Shown in pieces: positions 11,361 to 24,956 of a stretch of 64,000 nt of DNA; within the stretch, counting starts at the first letter, position 1; the number at the start of each line of letters is the position of its first letter. The stretch covers positions 30,256,001-30,320,000 of the forward strand of contig OX597834.1 of NCBI GenBank assembly GCA_951406725.2, written 5' to 3'. This stretch comes from Octopus vulgaris. Its lineage: Eukaryota. A program made the position numbers and the translations under genes. Under the pieces are notes generated by a model. It saw only the letters and a program-made list of their open reading frames with translations. It was not told where the DNA came from and searched no databases.

Positions 11361-14300
11361 CTGAAATGGAAATTACTGGAAATGAAAAGAAAAAATAAAC
11401 ACTAATAACGCAACAGAGTTATTAATTGGCAAATTAACTACTGAGATTTTTAATCTAATTTAGATCAGATATTATTTAATTAGCACCAATTTGAGATGGA
11501 GAAGAGCAACAGGAATTACACCAACTAATTAGGTAACATAGGTGTCCATGAAGTTACACGTATCCTCCAGCGAGCTTGTTGTTTCTTTTCTGCTCCAAAT
11601 TGCTAAGGATTATAAAAATCTTTATCAGGAAGACAGACGTAACATAGATGTATTGTTGAAAAGCCGGAAGCTGAAGCTTTTCCGTCCAAGAAAAAAAAAT
11701 CCCTTTATAAATATATTGCATTAAAAAAACACAATATTAAGACACAGACATGGCTGTGCGGTAAGAAGCTTGCTTCCAAGCCTCATGGTTCTACGTTCAA
11801 TCCCACTGCATGGCATCTTAGGCATGTGTCTTCTGCTATAACCTCAGGCTGACCAAAGCCTTGGGAGTGGATTTGGTAGCTGGAAAATGAAAGAAGCTCA
11901 TTGTGTGTGTGTATGTGTGTGCACATGCGGATGTCTGTTCCCCACACTGCTTGACAACTGGTCCCGGTAACATAGTGATTTGGCGAAAGAATAAGCACCT
12001 AGCTAAAAATAAATAAGCGTTGGGATCGATGTGCGTGACTAAAAAAATTCGGGACAGTGCACCAGCATGACCACAGTCCAATGACAGAAATTAGTAAAAG
12101 AGAAAAGATATACTTCAGAACTAATTGTCTTAAAAACACAGAAAAGGGATTTCTCCCAAATGATAAACTGCAACTTGTAGTTTTTTTACAATACAAAAAC
12201 ATTATGTTATACAGACAAAGGTACTCCAGAGATGGTTCTACTGCGTAATTAAAATTTTATCTAACGAATTATAATGTCTAATATTAGAGTTATAAGTGTC
12301 TAAGATAAATCAACAAATATGCCGTGGTTCTACTTTGTTATGTACTAAACGGCTGTTAGGTGGAACGGTTAATCTATGAATAATGAAATACAGCATTTCC
12401 AAGATGAAAGCCAAGCAAGAGCTGTGAGGTTTTGTGCATTAGCAATTTGAAACCTGCTAATCTCTTTTTGGTGATGCACAATTTGAATATATCTCAATAT
12501 GAAACATGCTCAGAGAGAGAGAGAGCGAGAGAGAGAGAGAATGACAGACAGACAGATCAGGAAACTAGATATTGTTTCCTATGGCTGGGCTAAGCTGAAA
12601 TGAGCTGAGCCATGCAAGAACAGGAAGATAATTCTAGATAGTTTGAAGAGCAGAATAAATACCATGAGATAGAAAAATAGAAGAGAATTCTGATAGAAGA
12701 ATTTTCTGGGAAGAATTTTCCATTGAAGAGAGAAAAGAAAGAAAACATTTGTTGTCATCTTCTCTTCCCAATGGAATGTTTCCCTCATAAACATTGAACA
12801 AAATAAGATTCCATGGGCTAAATTTGTGAACTATATATTGCTGGTAAAGACAATAAGCAGTTTCCTTTAATTTTACTGTTTTATAACAGAAAAAAAAAAA
12901 AACCCCAAAAATTCTTGGAGCACCAAAGAGTTTTTATACATTTTACTAATTCCCCCTTAAGTGTTTTATCCAAAGAAAAAGAAATTCCAAGTGGAAAAAG
13001 GAAGAGGGGCCAGATTGATATGCACTAAACAGTTTAAAAAATAAAAAGGGCAACATGTATAAGAAAGGGGATCTCAAGCAAGAGAGAGTTGTTGGAAGAG
13101 AGGATTGGGAACAGTATTTGATGCAGGGTTCAAAAGGGACAAATGAAACACTGTTGAAAGGGAGCAGTGTCAAAATAAATTTGGATACTTTATAGCTTTA
13201 CTGAACTAAACAAAACCCCTTCACATTCCAAGCTAAACCTTTATGTCACCATATTTTTGATGTGATATACTGTCTTTGTTTTAATTCATTTTGAAAATAC
13301 TGAAGATGACAGTAAAATAACTCAGCCATTAGAAAAGTTGATGTTTGGAAGTTTCCATGGTAGGTTGTAGTTCAGATCACTTCAAAAAACAGGGGGTTTC
13401 TGTCATAGAACCAAGGGCAGTCTTTGGCAAAAGAGTCAAATACCTTAAGGTTTAATTTTACCTTTTGATCCATCAGAAATTATTAAGACAAGGAATATCA
13501 GTGATGCGCAGGGGAGGGAGGGGGTACAGGTGCAATCAGTAATCTGCGTGGCCTAGATGGAGCTTAACCCAGTGTGCACGGTATATAAGCGATTGAAATA
13601 CCCCCTCTCCTATGTGAATGGGATGTTGGGTCTGTTGCAGGGTTAACCACGTCCCACTTAATACTGGGACCCACTCACAGCTGAGTGGACAGCAAATTAA
13701 TAATGCCAATGTTTACACGGATGGATTGTTCCACCAACTTATAAAGCAATCGACTATGAAAGTGGTGAGTTAACAAGGGAGTCTGAATGCAGCTACCTGA
13801 TCTGCAAGAAACAACAGCCAAATATCTCTCAGACTATACCATACTGTGTAAAACGAAGGACGCTAGGGATTTTTGTAGTGTGGGGTACACCTGGGTCTCA
13901 GGTCTGTCATGAGCCCTAGCACTTGTAAAGCCAGAGCTTGTTTATGATTGAGACCACAAAGACTTCCTCTAGAACACCGGTCCATTGTAGGGTTAACTTT
14001 CCAGCTATTGTTCCACCCCATTCACAGCTGAGGGGGGGGGGGCGCACACGAAATATGAAGAGTTTTGCTCAAGAACACAACACACCACCCACTTCAGGAT
14101 TTGAAAGCACAATCTTACAATCGTTAGTGCAACACCTTAGCCACTGGGCCATACACTTTCACTGATCAATGAAAAGAAAAAAAAAAAACCTGGATGTGAC
14201 TGACCTCCTAAAGATAAACTGATTAGCAAATTAATTTCACTAAAAGTTCCCATCTCTGTTTCACAATTTGCCTCTTCAATTACAATCAGTCAACCATGTG

Positions 14301-14807
14301 ACCCAGTTTCAAAAAAACATTTTTTTTGTTTTCATTTGGTTTCATATAGAATGCTATGTGGCAGAAAACCCTCCCATTGGTGTGGTGCTTGTAGAGTTAG
14401 GCAGATGGTAACAGTGCCTTCATGTAGTTAGCATTTTACCATTTTTTAAAAAGACATTTTTTGTTTTTTACAGTTACAAATCATGGTTGAAACTGATGCA
14501 TATTATGTGTTTGCAGTGGAAATGTTTGTCAATCTATAAAATGTGGGATCTTTTTTGGCCGCGCCCTGAACTTTGGAACCATGCTGATGTAATATAATAC
14601 GGTTGGTTTCTGGTTACCCCAGTGACACAATAAAAACCAATGCGAAATTCATGTAAACATTAGAAGTAATCAGACTTTATAACGACAAGGATATGGACTT
14701 TCTTCATTTGTTTTTAAGAATGTGTTTCCTGAATGATCTTTTATTATCTACTTGTTTCAGTCATTGGACTATGGCCATGCTGGGGCATCAACTTCAAGGG
14801 TTTAGTC

Positions 14808-15029
14808 CAGTGGTTCTCAACCAGGCCCTTAGGGTTCCAGATAAGATTTTGTTGTTAAAATTTAATATTTTAACAATTTTTTAAAATACAATTCCTACAA
14901 ATATTTAATTCCCAAAACATAATATGATACTTTTGAACATTGAATGGCTAAGAGAGTCTGAGTAAAAAAGGAATCAAAGGGGCCCACAGGTGAAAAAAAG
15001 AAAAAAAAAAGGGGGGTTGGGGAACATTG
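14808..15029. mobile_element. hAT-like MITE inserted in a SINE
   Basis: cagtggttctcaacc ... ggttggggaacattg ends, imperfect 8-bp TSD gtttagtc/gtttagat; related inverted copy at about 27345-27606 and similar terminus at 60416. Confidence 0.65.
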
Positions 15030-16771
15030 GTTTAGATGAAAAAATTAGTCCCAACATTTATTTTATTAAAGTCTAGTACTTATTCTATCAGCCTCTTTTG
15101 CTGAACAGCTAAGTTATAGGGATGTAAACAAGCTAACACCAGTTATCAAGTGGTGGATGGAACATACACACACATACACATGACAGGCTTTCATACAGTT
15201 TCCATCTACCAAATCCACTCTGAAGGCATTGGTTGGCCTTTTTGAAAACAATCTGCCCGAAACTGCTCTTAGTTCTATGATAAAAGTTCCTTGTTTTAAA
15301 AACCAAAGCCTTCTGAGAATTTCATATTAGTTTATGTTCTAAACACCAGTTTGATAATAACAAAGTTATTTCACTAAATTCTTGGGTAACAAAGGTAGCA
15401 TATTTCAACAGAAATATAGTAACAAAAAGGATTTTTGGGCCCTAAAAAGATGAAAAGCAAATCTGATCTTGGTGGGATTTGCATTCAGAGTGTAAAAAAC
15501 CAAAACAAATACCACCAGGTATTTTAGTCTTACATTCTGTCTGGCACCTGTGCGGGTGGCACGTAAAAAGCACCCACTACACTCACGGAGTGGTTGGCGT
15601 TAGGAAGGGCATCCAGCCGTAGAAACACTGCCAGATCTGACTGGGCCTGATGCAGCCTTTCGGCTTCACAGACCCCAGTTGAACCGTCCAACCCATGCTA
15701 GCATGGAAAACGGACGCTAAATGATGATGATGATTCTGACAATTCTCTGAAGTCACTACTTAGATAGCTAAATCGACATACATTTTTTCAAATAAATTTC
15801 AGTTCTTTCAATATAGAAAAAAATTCTTTTATCTAAATTAAGAATCTATGTTTGTTAATGGCTGTCCTGAACAGTAAACTCTTATTTGTACTTTACAAAT
15901 TATCATCATCATTTAACGTCCGTTTTCCATGCTAGCATGGGTTGGACGGTTCGACCGGGGTCTGGTAAGCCATGGAGGCTGCACCAGGCTCTAGTCTGAT
16001 TTGGCAGTGTTTCTACAGCTGGATGCCCTTCCTAACGCCAACCACTCCGTGAGTGTAGTGGGTGTTTTTTACGTGCCACCGGCACAGGAGCCATAAGAAT
16101 TTTACAGAAGATAATCATCATTATTATTATTATTGTGGACTGGCACAATACCTCGCAGAGTTTGTTCCCCTCTTTATATTCTGAGTTCAAATCCCACGAA
16201 GGTCAAGTTTGACCTTTCATCCTTTCTGGGGGGGGGGGGGTCAATAAAATAAAGTATCGGTCAAGTACTGGAGTCAATGTAACCAACTTAGACCCCACTT
16301 CCCCTTACAATTGCTGGCCTTGTACCTACATGGTTATTATTCTAACTGTTGCTGCTGTTCCTAGTCTCAACCAGAGACCTCAACTAACAGCAAGTTGACT
16401 ATTTCACAGAGAGGATTATTTAGCATTAATAATAATAGACTGCAGGGGAAAGAATAAGACCAAATACTGAGAATTAAGATTTTGTTTGTTATTATGATTA
16501 TTATTATTATTACTATTAGTGGTAAGTGAAGTAGGAGGTAAGATACATTCCAAATGGAGCAGGTCTAAGACCAAGTATTTGGTCTGTGCTATTCAAACAA
16601 TCTTGAGAAAAGCATGAACACCACACGTATTCATTTACTTCTTTAATAAATTCAAGGCATCCATCAGTCTATATAAGAAATCAAATGTTCATTTGCCTGT
16701 CTTATAAATGTGATGCTGTTTCAAGCTTGTTTCATATCAATGTGGTTCTAACTGAAGCTAAATTGTTTTAG

Positions 16772-17202
16772 GGATCTTTTCTGTTTGAACGGCAGTGTTT
16801 TTAAAATAATTTCCACGTAACTAAACACTTTTAAACTTCGTATACTGATAGAATGTGTTTATAAAACATCTTTTTTCTCTTGGCTTTATTGAGAAAATTC
16901 TATAGTTTGTAAGATATTTGTTGTTTTTTTTTTCCTTCAATTTCTGCAATTTCAACCAATCAATGACGTCTATTGGAGGTGAAAACATTCTGTGCCGTAT
17001 GAATATGTCCCTCGTTTAAGAAACAGATTGGGTTTATTTACATTTGTGAAGAAAAAAAGATACTCTTTCCCCCCACCCCTACCCCTAACTCTAACCCTAA
17101 AACAGATTGAAATGCAATAGATCGATACTAGGGTCATAATTATGGGTGACAATTTCATATGACACTGCTAGAAAAAAACTGCCGTTCAAACCGAAAAGAT
17201 CC
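16772..17202. mobile_element. MITE with GG termini and 8-bp TSD
   Basis: TIRs ggatcttttctgtttgaacggcagt / actgccgttcaaaccgaaaagatcc; perfect TSD tgttttag (16764-16771, 17203-17210); internal telomere-like accctaa units. Confidence 0.9.
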
Positions 17203-17770
17203 TGTTTTAGTAGTTTTACTACAGAAGAAGAAGAAGAAAAAATAAGGAGCCAAACGATGTCTTTGTTACTTAGTGACTAAAACTACATTATGAAACTACA
17301 TGCAAGCCAAAAAAAAAAAATAAAATAAATAAATAATGATCATGATAATAATTAATTATAATAAAAATGATAATTAAAAATGTTCTATGAAATGTTATAA
17401 ACTAATATGTATATAAAATTTAACATGTTTTTCTTCTTCATTGTATATCTATAAATGAATTTGACCAGCTTTTCCATTTTGGATAAATAAAAAAAATACA
17501 TATGAAATCCCGAAGTTTTGACAATGTGGAATGTGAATAAAAAATACTTAAACCTGGAAAATAAAAGCTTAAAAACAAATCTTTTTGTTTTCTTTAAAAA
17601 TAAACATAGAGCAAACATTAATATGATGACATTCAAGTTTGTAGCACGCACATAAAAAATGTTCTGATGTTCTCAGCAAAGATTATTTTTTAAAAAAATG
17701 ATAATAAGCCAAGGGAGGTAACTTCTGCATAGACTAATTTCTTTGTAAAATATCACCAACACGTATATAT

Positions 17771-18180
17771 ACTCTTTTACTTGTTTCAGTCATTTGACTG
17801 CGGCCATGCTGGGGCATCGCCTTTAGTCGAACAAATCGACCCCAGGACTTATTCTTTGGAAGCCTAGTACTTATTCTATCGGTTCTCTTTTGCCGAACCG
17901 CTAAGTAACGGGGACGTAAACACACCAGCATCGGTTGTCAAGCGATGTAGGTGGGGACAAACACAGACACACAAACACATGCATATATATATATATATAC
18001 ATACATACACACACACATATATACGACGAGCTTCTTTCAGTTTCCGTCTACCAAATCCACTTACAAGGCTTTGGTTGGCCCGAGGCTATAGTAGAAGACA
18101 CTTGCCCAGGGTGCCACGCAGTGGGACTGAACAAGGAACTATGTGGTTCATAAGCAAGCTACTTACAACACAGCCACACC
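17771..18180 (-). mobile_element. SINE family A (head gtggctgtgtggtaag..., central CA/TA run, tail gactgaaacaagtaaaagag), representative copy
   Basis: Many similar copies, e.g. about 6125-6665, 7185-7525, 11746-12105, 22063-22520, 24013-24357, 27905-28255, 39553-39828, 54400-54750, 62697-63020, 63082-63466. Confidence 0.9.
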
Positions 18181-18959
18181 TAATCCTATATACATATAAT
18201 ATATATATATATCTTTCATAGCATAAAGACGCATTTCTAAGAAAGAAAAGTCAAGACCAAAACCTCAACCTGAGTCACCAGTCTTCTCCCCCAGCTTGGC
18301 TAACTGGATACAGTAATGTCTTCTGCTATAGTTAGGGTGCTTTGGCAATGTTTTGTAATGTAGTACCAGATTGCTTAAACCATTTAGCAGCACTTATATT
18401 TGTACCTGTTCTATGTTCAAACTGACCAAATCCGGCCTCTCACAGGCACCTATCCTACAACGTCCATTCTAAATCAGAATCACAAAGCTAGCAGACAAAC
18501 ACACGACTAATTCAAAACAATGTGAATAAATAACGGATTACATTTGACAGAATAATCCTTCAACGCGAAACAGTTCATATATTATATATATATATATAGA
18601 GTTAATCCAAACATGAAAACACAACAATGTGAGGACGTGGAACAAGTATAGTGTTATTGGACGCTCAGGAAAGGAAGGAAAGAAGGAGGATTTAAAGTTT
18701 CAAGTGGAGCTCTTTGTCAGAAACATAGAAAAAGGAAAGATCCAAGGAAGTGAAGACAGAGGAAAAAAAAATCGCCAACGGTATACACGCGGTCACATTA
18801 CATATATACATATATTGCTAAGGTATAGTGATATCAATAATCTAGTGTTGGAGCTCTATATACACCTGCTTCAGAAAAATGCGTTGGTTGAGTACAAAGC
18901 AGTAATAAGAAACTCAGATAAATGCCAAGGGAACAAGGAATTATGGAATCAACTTCATT

Positions 18960-19040
18960 AGCTTACAGCTGTTTCTGCTATAAGAAGCAATGCACTCATA
19001 GTTGAGTACTTGTGTATCACAATACAGCTTCATTGGAGGA
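18960..19040 (-). ncRNA. Degenerate hammerhead motif (core CCAATGA)
   Basis: CCAATGA-a-gctgta...tatagc-a-GAAAC-agct-GTA-agct; core mutated, probably inactive. Confidence 0.45.
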
Positions 19041-19070
19041 CAGGCTTATTGTCTAGAGGTAAGAAGACAG

Positions 19071-19113
19071 TCATGGACACATGTTTCTGCTTCAATAGGC
19101 ATCATCAGTATGA
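19071..19113 (-). ncRNA. Minimal type I hammerhead ribozyme motif, catalytic core intact
   Basis: tcata-CTGATGA-tgc(ctattgaa)gca-GAAAC-atgt-GTC-catga; stem II 3 bp, short stem III with palindromic loop, stem I 4 bp with a mismatch next to the core. Confidence 0.65.
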
Positions 19114-19759
19114 TAACTATCCTAACATACCTGTAGTAGACAAGAGACATAGACTTATATAAAAAGAGTAGAATACATTTATGGCGGCCCAGGGGTAAGT
19201 TGATGGTCTAAGAGAAATAACTCAGAATGGCCAGTGGCATGTTTTTGGAATAAGTATAATAATGTCATCTTTTCATTATATTTTTTTTTGCCTCTAAGAA
19301 TTACCACAGAAAATAGTAATGTGGGAACCAAGATGAAACAAAACTATATACTGTATTGGATGGCACACAACATGCACTTTCCCATAAATTTCTCCCCCCC
19401 CCCCGCCAAGAAAACAAACAAACCCACTAATGGGCCTTCCATAAGCTAATTTTGTCCCTGACATTCACTATTATAGGCTAATTTTAATCCAGACGATCTC
19501 TTCTACCAGGCCTGACACTGTAAAATGTCAGTAATACATGGTAACATTTTGTGCTCTTGCTAAGGTACTTTTACCAGATTTTCTAATGTAAAACTACATT
19601 ACTCTAAATATTATACGGCTTAATGTACTAAACATATTTTACTTGAATAATTGCTGCTGAAATCAGAGTACATCTCTAATATACCTGTGTATCTTTTATG
19701 CTACCAAATATGGTACATAGTTTCATAACAATATGTGTTGATGTCATTTACTCAATTTA

Positions 19760-20125
<366 letters not shown>

Positions 20126-20510
20126 TTATAATCATCATCATTTAATATCCACCTTCCATTCCCATGCTTGCATAGATCCGATGAATTTTCCTGACGCTTG
20201 TTTTCTACAGCCAGAAACCCTCACCAGTGTTCAAGCAAGGTAATGTTTTCCCATGACCAGATAGGTTTTCTTTTTAAAAACCAGAAATAAAACAACCCCA
20301 CTTGTACGATAGTGATGCTCATTAATAAGCATCACATAGTGATGGTGCTTTGTAAAAGACGTCCAATACACTCTGTAAAGTGGTTGGCATTAGAAAGGGC
20401 ATCCAGCTGTGGATACCAAGCCAAAACACTACGGAACCTGGCACAGTCCCTGGCCTTGCCAGTTCCTGTCAAGCCGTCCAACCCATGCCAGCATGGAAAA
20501 TAGATGTTAA

Positions 20511-20915
20511 ATAATAATAATAATAATAATGAAATTATTGTATACAGTGCTCAGGTGCACCGCAACTTGTCAAAAAGTGCGTATAAAGCATATGCAGTAA
20601 TGTACAAATGTCTGGAAAGCGAACAGTGTATGAGTCAGATACATGCTTGCATGTGTATGGAAGGGAGAAAATCAGGTGTAGTGTTGGCGAATCTCAGGAA
20701 GCATGGAAGTTTTGAAGGATGCAGTGCTCCGACAACTAACATCTGATGCCGGCAGTTTGTTCCATGCTTCAGCAACTCTTAGCGTGAAAAAATGTTTCTG
20801 AAAGTCATGGGAGCTGTGCTGTTTTCTGACTTTGTAAACATGTCCATGGGTGTTAGACAGGTGGAGTTTGAAAAGGTGCTCAGTTATTGTTTGTAAGATG
20901 GTTAATAATTTTATA
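20511..20915 (-). mobile_element. 5'-truncated CR1-type LINE 3' end
   Basis: THGH.YK...KHFFTLRVAEAWNKLPAS.V....TASFK C-terminal motif and (ATT)n tail. Confidence 0.85.
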
Positions 20916-21130
20916 ATAATTAAATGATGATGATGCCATGATAAGTGTCCACATGCACGCACACACTCACACATCATCATCATCATCACATCTAACATCC
21001 ATGTTAGGTCTTGGAACAGTACTTATATTATACATGTGTCAAAGAAAAAAATATTTCAAATTCATTTTTAAAAAAGAAGGAAAACAAAGAACAAGAAAAC
21101 AAGACAGGTAAAGTGACGTTTCTGAATTTA

Positions 21131-21283
<153 letters not shown>

Positions 21284-21463
21284 CTAAAGAAGTAAGAGAA
21301 TAACTACGTTTAAGTAGGCATCAACTGACGAATATAGCAAAGACAACATATAAGTATTTATATAAGTATAAGTATTTATTTATTGTGAATGGCAATTAAT
21401 AAAAACAAAAACCAAAAGACAACACAGGAGGGCCAAGGTTTAATAAATATTGTAGTAGTTTAA

Positions 21464-21683
21464 CCCTTTCGTTACTGTATTTATTTTGAGATGCTCTGTG
21501 TTTCTTTCAATTATTTTAAATATAACAAAGAATTTAGTAAAATAACTTAGTTACTATTAAGCTAGTGTTTGGAACATAAATATTGACTAAGGGTTGGTGG
21601 AATATTTGAATTCAAAACTTAGGAAAACAAGACATTTTACCACAGAGCCAGAGCCGGTTTCGGCCGGGTTAGTAACAAAAGGG
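21464..21683. mobile_element. piggyBac-type MITE (TTAA TSD, CCC...GGG ends)
   Basis: ttaa|ccctttcgttact ... agtaacaaaaggg|ttaa; older relatives near 13250-13440, 15240-15430, 30040-30224, 31691-31880 and 34390-34922. Confidence 0.85.
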
Positions 21684-22315
21684 TTAATGCTTAGAAAGAA
21701 AAGGAAGAGTTTATACACACACACATTAATCTAAGCATATTGTATTATAAATCCATTACTGTCAATCTTATGGACTGGTTTTGCAACAGATATCAGGTAA
21801 CTGTGGTTGTGCAATACACATGCTCTTCAGAGATGGCAGGTGTGGAAAAAATATAGCAACTCTTTTGCTATTCTTTGTTCCTTCCATACCTGCTTCTAAA
21901 TCCTGAGCCTAATGTTCTGTGGAAAACCAACTTGGTAAGATCAGCTGAAGTTTTTTTTTTTTTTTTTTACAGAATTGTATACTTTGATTAATATATCCAT
22001 TCTATAGGAGTACCTGTTGTTCTTGAGATTCTTAGATGACTCTATACAAACACACACACACATACTCTTTACTCTTTTACTTGTTTCAGTCATTTGACTG
22101 CGGCCATGCTGGAGCACTGCTTTTGGTTGAGCAAATTGACCCCGGAACTTATTCTTTGTAAGCCCAGTACTTATTCTATCGGTCTCTTTTGCCGAACTGC
22201 TAAGTTACGGGGATGTAAACACACCAGCATCAGTTGTCAAGTAATGCTAGGGGGACAAACACTGACACACAAACAAACACACACACATATCGTTTAACGT
22301 CCGCTTTCCATGCTA

Positions 22316-22356
<41 letters not shown>

Positions 22357-22521
22357 TATATACGACAGGCTTCTTTCAGTTTCTGTCTACCAAATCCACT
22401 CACAAGGCATTGGTCGGCCCGGGGCTATAGCAGAAGACACTTGCCCAAGATGCCATGCAGTGGGACTGAACCCAGAACCATGTGGTTGGTAAGCAAGCTA
22501 CTTACCACACATCCACTCCTA

Positions 22522-22890
<369 letters not shown>

Positions 22891-23690
22891 TTATCGACCC
22901 CGAAAGGATGAAAGGCAAAGTCAACCTCGGCGGAATTTGAACTCAAAATGTAACGGCAGACGAAATACTGCTATGCATTTCACCTGGCATGCTAACGTTT
23001 CTGCCAGCTCGCTGAAAAGGAAGAATGACAGAAACTAAAGGAAGAACACAACAGACACTGTGTCAATAAAGAAATTTCTATAGGGGATGGTTTAATACCC
23101 ATCCAATTCATGTTCCCTAATGTCTAGGAAAAAGAAATGACACATCAGACAACACAGACCCAAAATGAGATGTTTTAGCACAATCCATTTTAATGCTGCC
23201 TTTCTGATTTGATGCTGACTTATTTGACATCAGATGTTTTAGTGTCTCTCTCTCTCTCCACACCTGATGATCACCTGCGCAGGTTGTTCAGCAAGAAGCT
23301 GCAGAACTGTCTTTCTCAGACTTGAGATACTACCAAAAAGAGAGAAAGGGTATCTCTGTCTGTCTGTCTGTCTCTGTGTGTGTGTGCATATTAAATAGGA
23401 TGTCAATATAAGGGTAGACACAAACACACACACACACACACACGACAGGTTTCTTTCAAAAGCCATCGACTAAATCCACACAAACGACTGCAACAGAAGA
23501 CACCTGCCCAGGGTGCCATGCAGTGGCACTGAACCCAAGACCACATGGCTTTTTAACCACACAGCTTACTTTAGTTTTCCCTTGTGTTTCTCCATCTTAT
23601 TCCAACCCATTAAAAGAGAACCTATATTCAAAACCCTAATACAAAAAGTTACTACAACCAATCTGAATTTACAGCAAGACATATACTTAC

Positions 23691-23763
23691 TTTACCAAAG
23701 TGGCCTCGTCCAAGTACACTTATCGGCCTAAACTGTGACATTTTAACTTCTTGATGGTTGTAA
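23691..23763 (-). CDS. PKN: PKN exon, kinase subdomain I (DYNHQEVKMSQFRPISVLGRGHFGK)
   Basis: 73 nt, acceptor ctcttcttcag, donor gtaagt, phase 2 to 0; Gly-rich loop LGRGHFGK. Confidence 0.96.
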
Positions 23764-24956
23764 CTGAAGAAGAGAAAAACAGAAATAAAAGAAACAAGGA
23801 AATCTTTTATGAAGTCAATAAAGGAAATGAAAATACTGTTGTAAGAAGAGATATTCATTTCAATAGGGTCCCCGTTTGACATGTTAGGAGACAAGGGGAC
23901 CAGAGCAGAGCGAGTTTCTTCTTTGCAAAGGAGCTGTATAACTACTCACATGTGTAATAAAAAATTTTTCTAATTTCTTTTATTTTTTTTTACGGTAAAA
24001 CAGTTACCATTTATCTTTTACTTGTTTCAGTCACTGGACTGTGGCCATGCTGGGGCACTGCCTTGAGGAGTTTCTAGTCAAACAAATTGACTCCAGCACT
24101 TGTTAGTTTTCAAGTGTGGTACTTATTCTATTGATCTCTTTTGCCAAACCACAAAGTCACAGGGATGTAAACACACCAACACTGGTTGTCAAGTTGTAGT
24201 GGGGGACAAAAACACACACGCACCAAATACACTCACAAGGCTTTGGTTGGCCAAAGGTTATAATAGAAGACAAATGCCCAAAGTGGCACGCAGTGGGACT
24301 GAACCAAAAACCATGTGCTTGGGAAGCAAGCTTCTTATCACACAGCCACGCCCATGCCTGTTGTTTTATATTAAAAACAAAACAAAAAAAAAACTTTTCA
24401 CATGAAGTTCATTTGTTTTGTTCAACATCTTTTCCCATGTTAGCATGGCCGCCACTGCCACCACCACCATCATTGTCGTCGTCATCATCATAATCATTTA
24501 ATCCCTTTTTCCATGCTGGCATGGGCTGGACCGTTTTGACAAGAACACACAACCCCAAGGGCTGCACCGGATTTTATCCCTGCTTTGGCAAGGTTTCTAA
24601 TGCTGGATGCTCTTCCTAACACCAACCACTAAAGTGTGTACTGGGTGCTTTTTATGTGACACGAGCACCAGTAAAATCCCCAAGTACCCACAAGATAAGA
24701 CCCCACAACTGAGCTGGGGTATAGAACGGAAGGATAAGAAATTATGCTGGAGAGACAAGGAGTAGGTGTGTTACTGAAGAGGTGAATACATGGCACAGAA
24801 GGAGAGAGAGAGATGAGGTCCAGATACAATACGAACATGAGAGAGAACAGGATAGGAGAGCAGAAAAAGTGTATGCGTAGGTAAATGTATGAGTGAAAAT
24901 AGCGTGAGAGATGATTAGAGACAGGAAAGGAGTTGGATGAAGAGAAAAATACATAC

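Larger units (their letters stand above)
18599..19170 (-). mobile_element. Cluster of TA-associated Penelope-like/retrozyme-like fragments carrying hammerhead motifs
   Basis: Starts at a (TA)n run; 18865-19040 is homologous to 39992-40165; a further degenerate CTGACAA...GAAAC motif lies at about 18695-18722. Family assignment is inferred from hammerheads and TA context. Confidence 0.5.
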
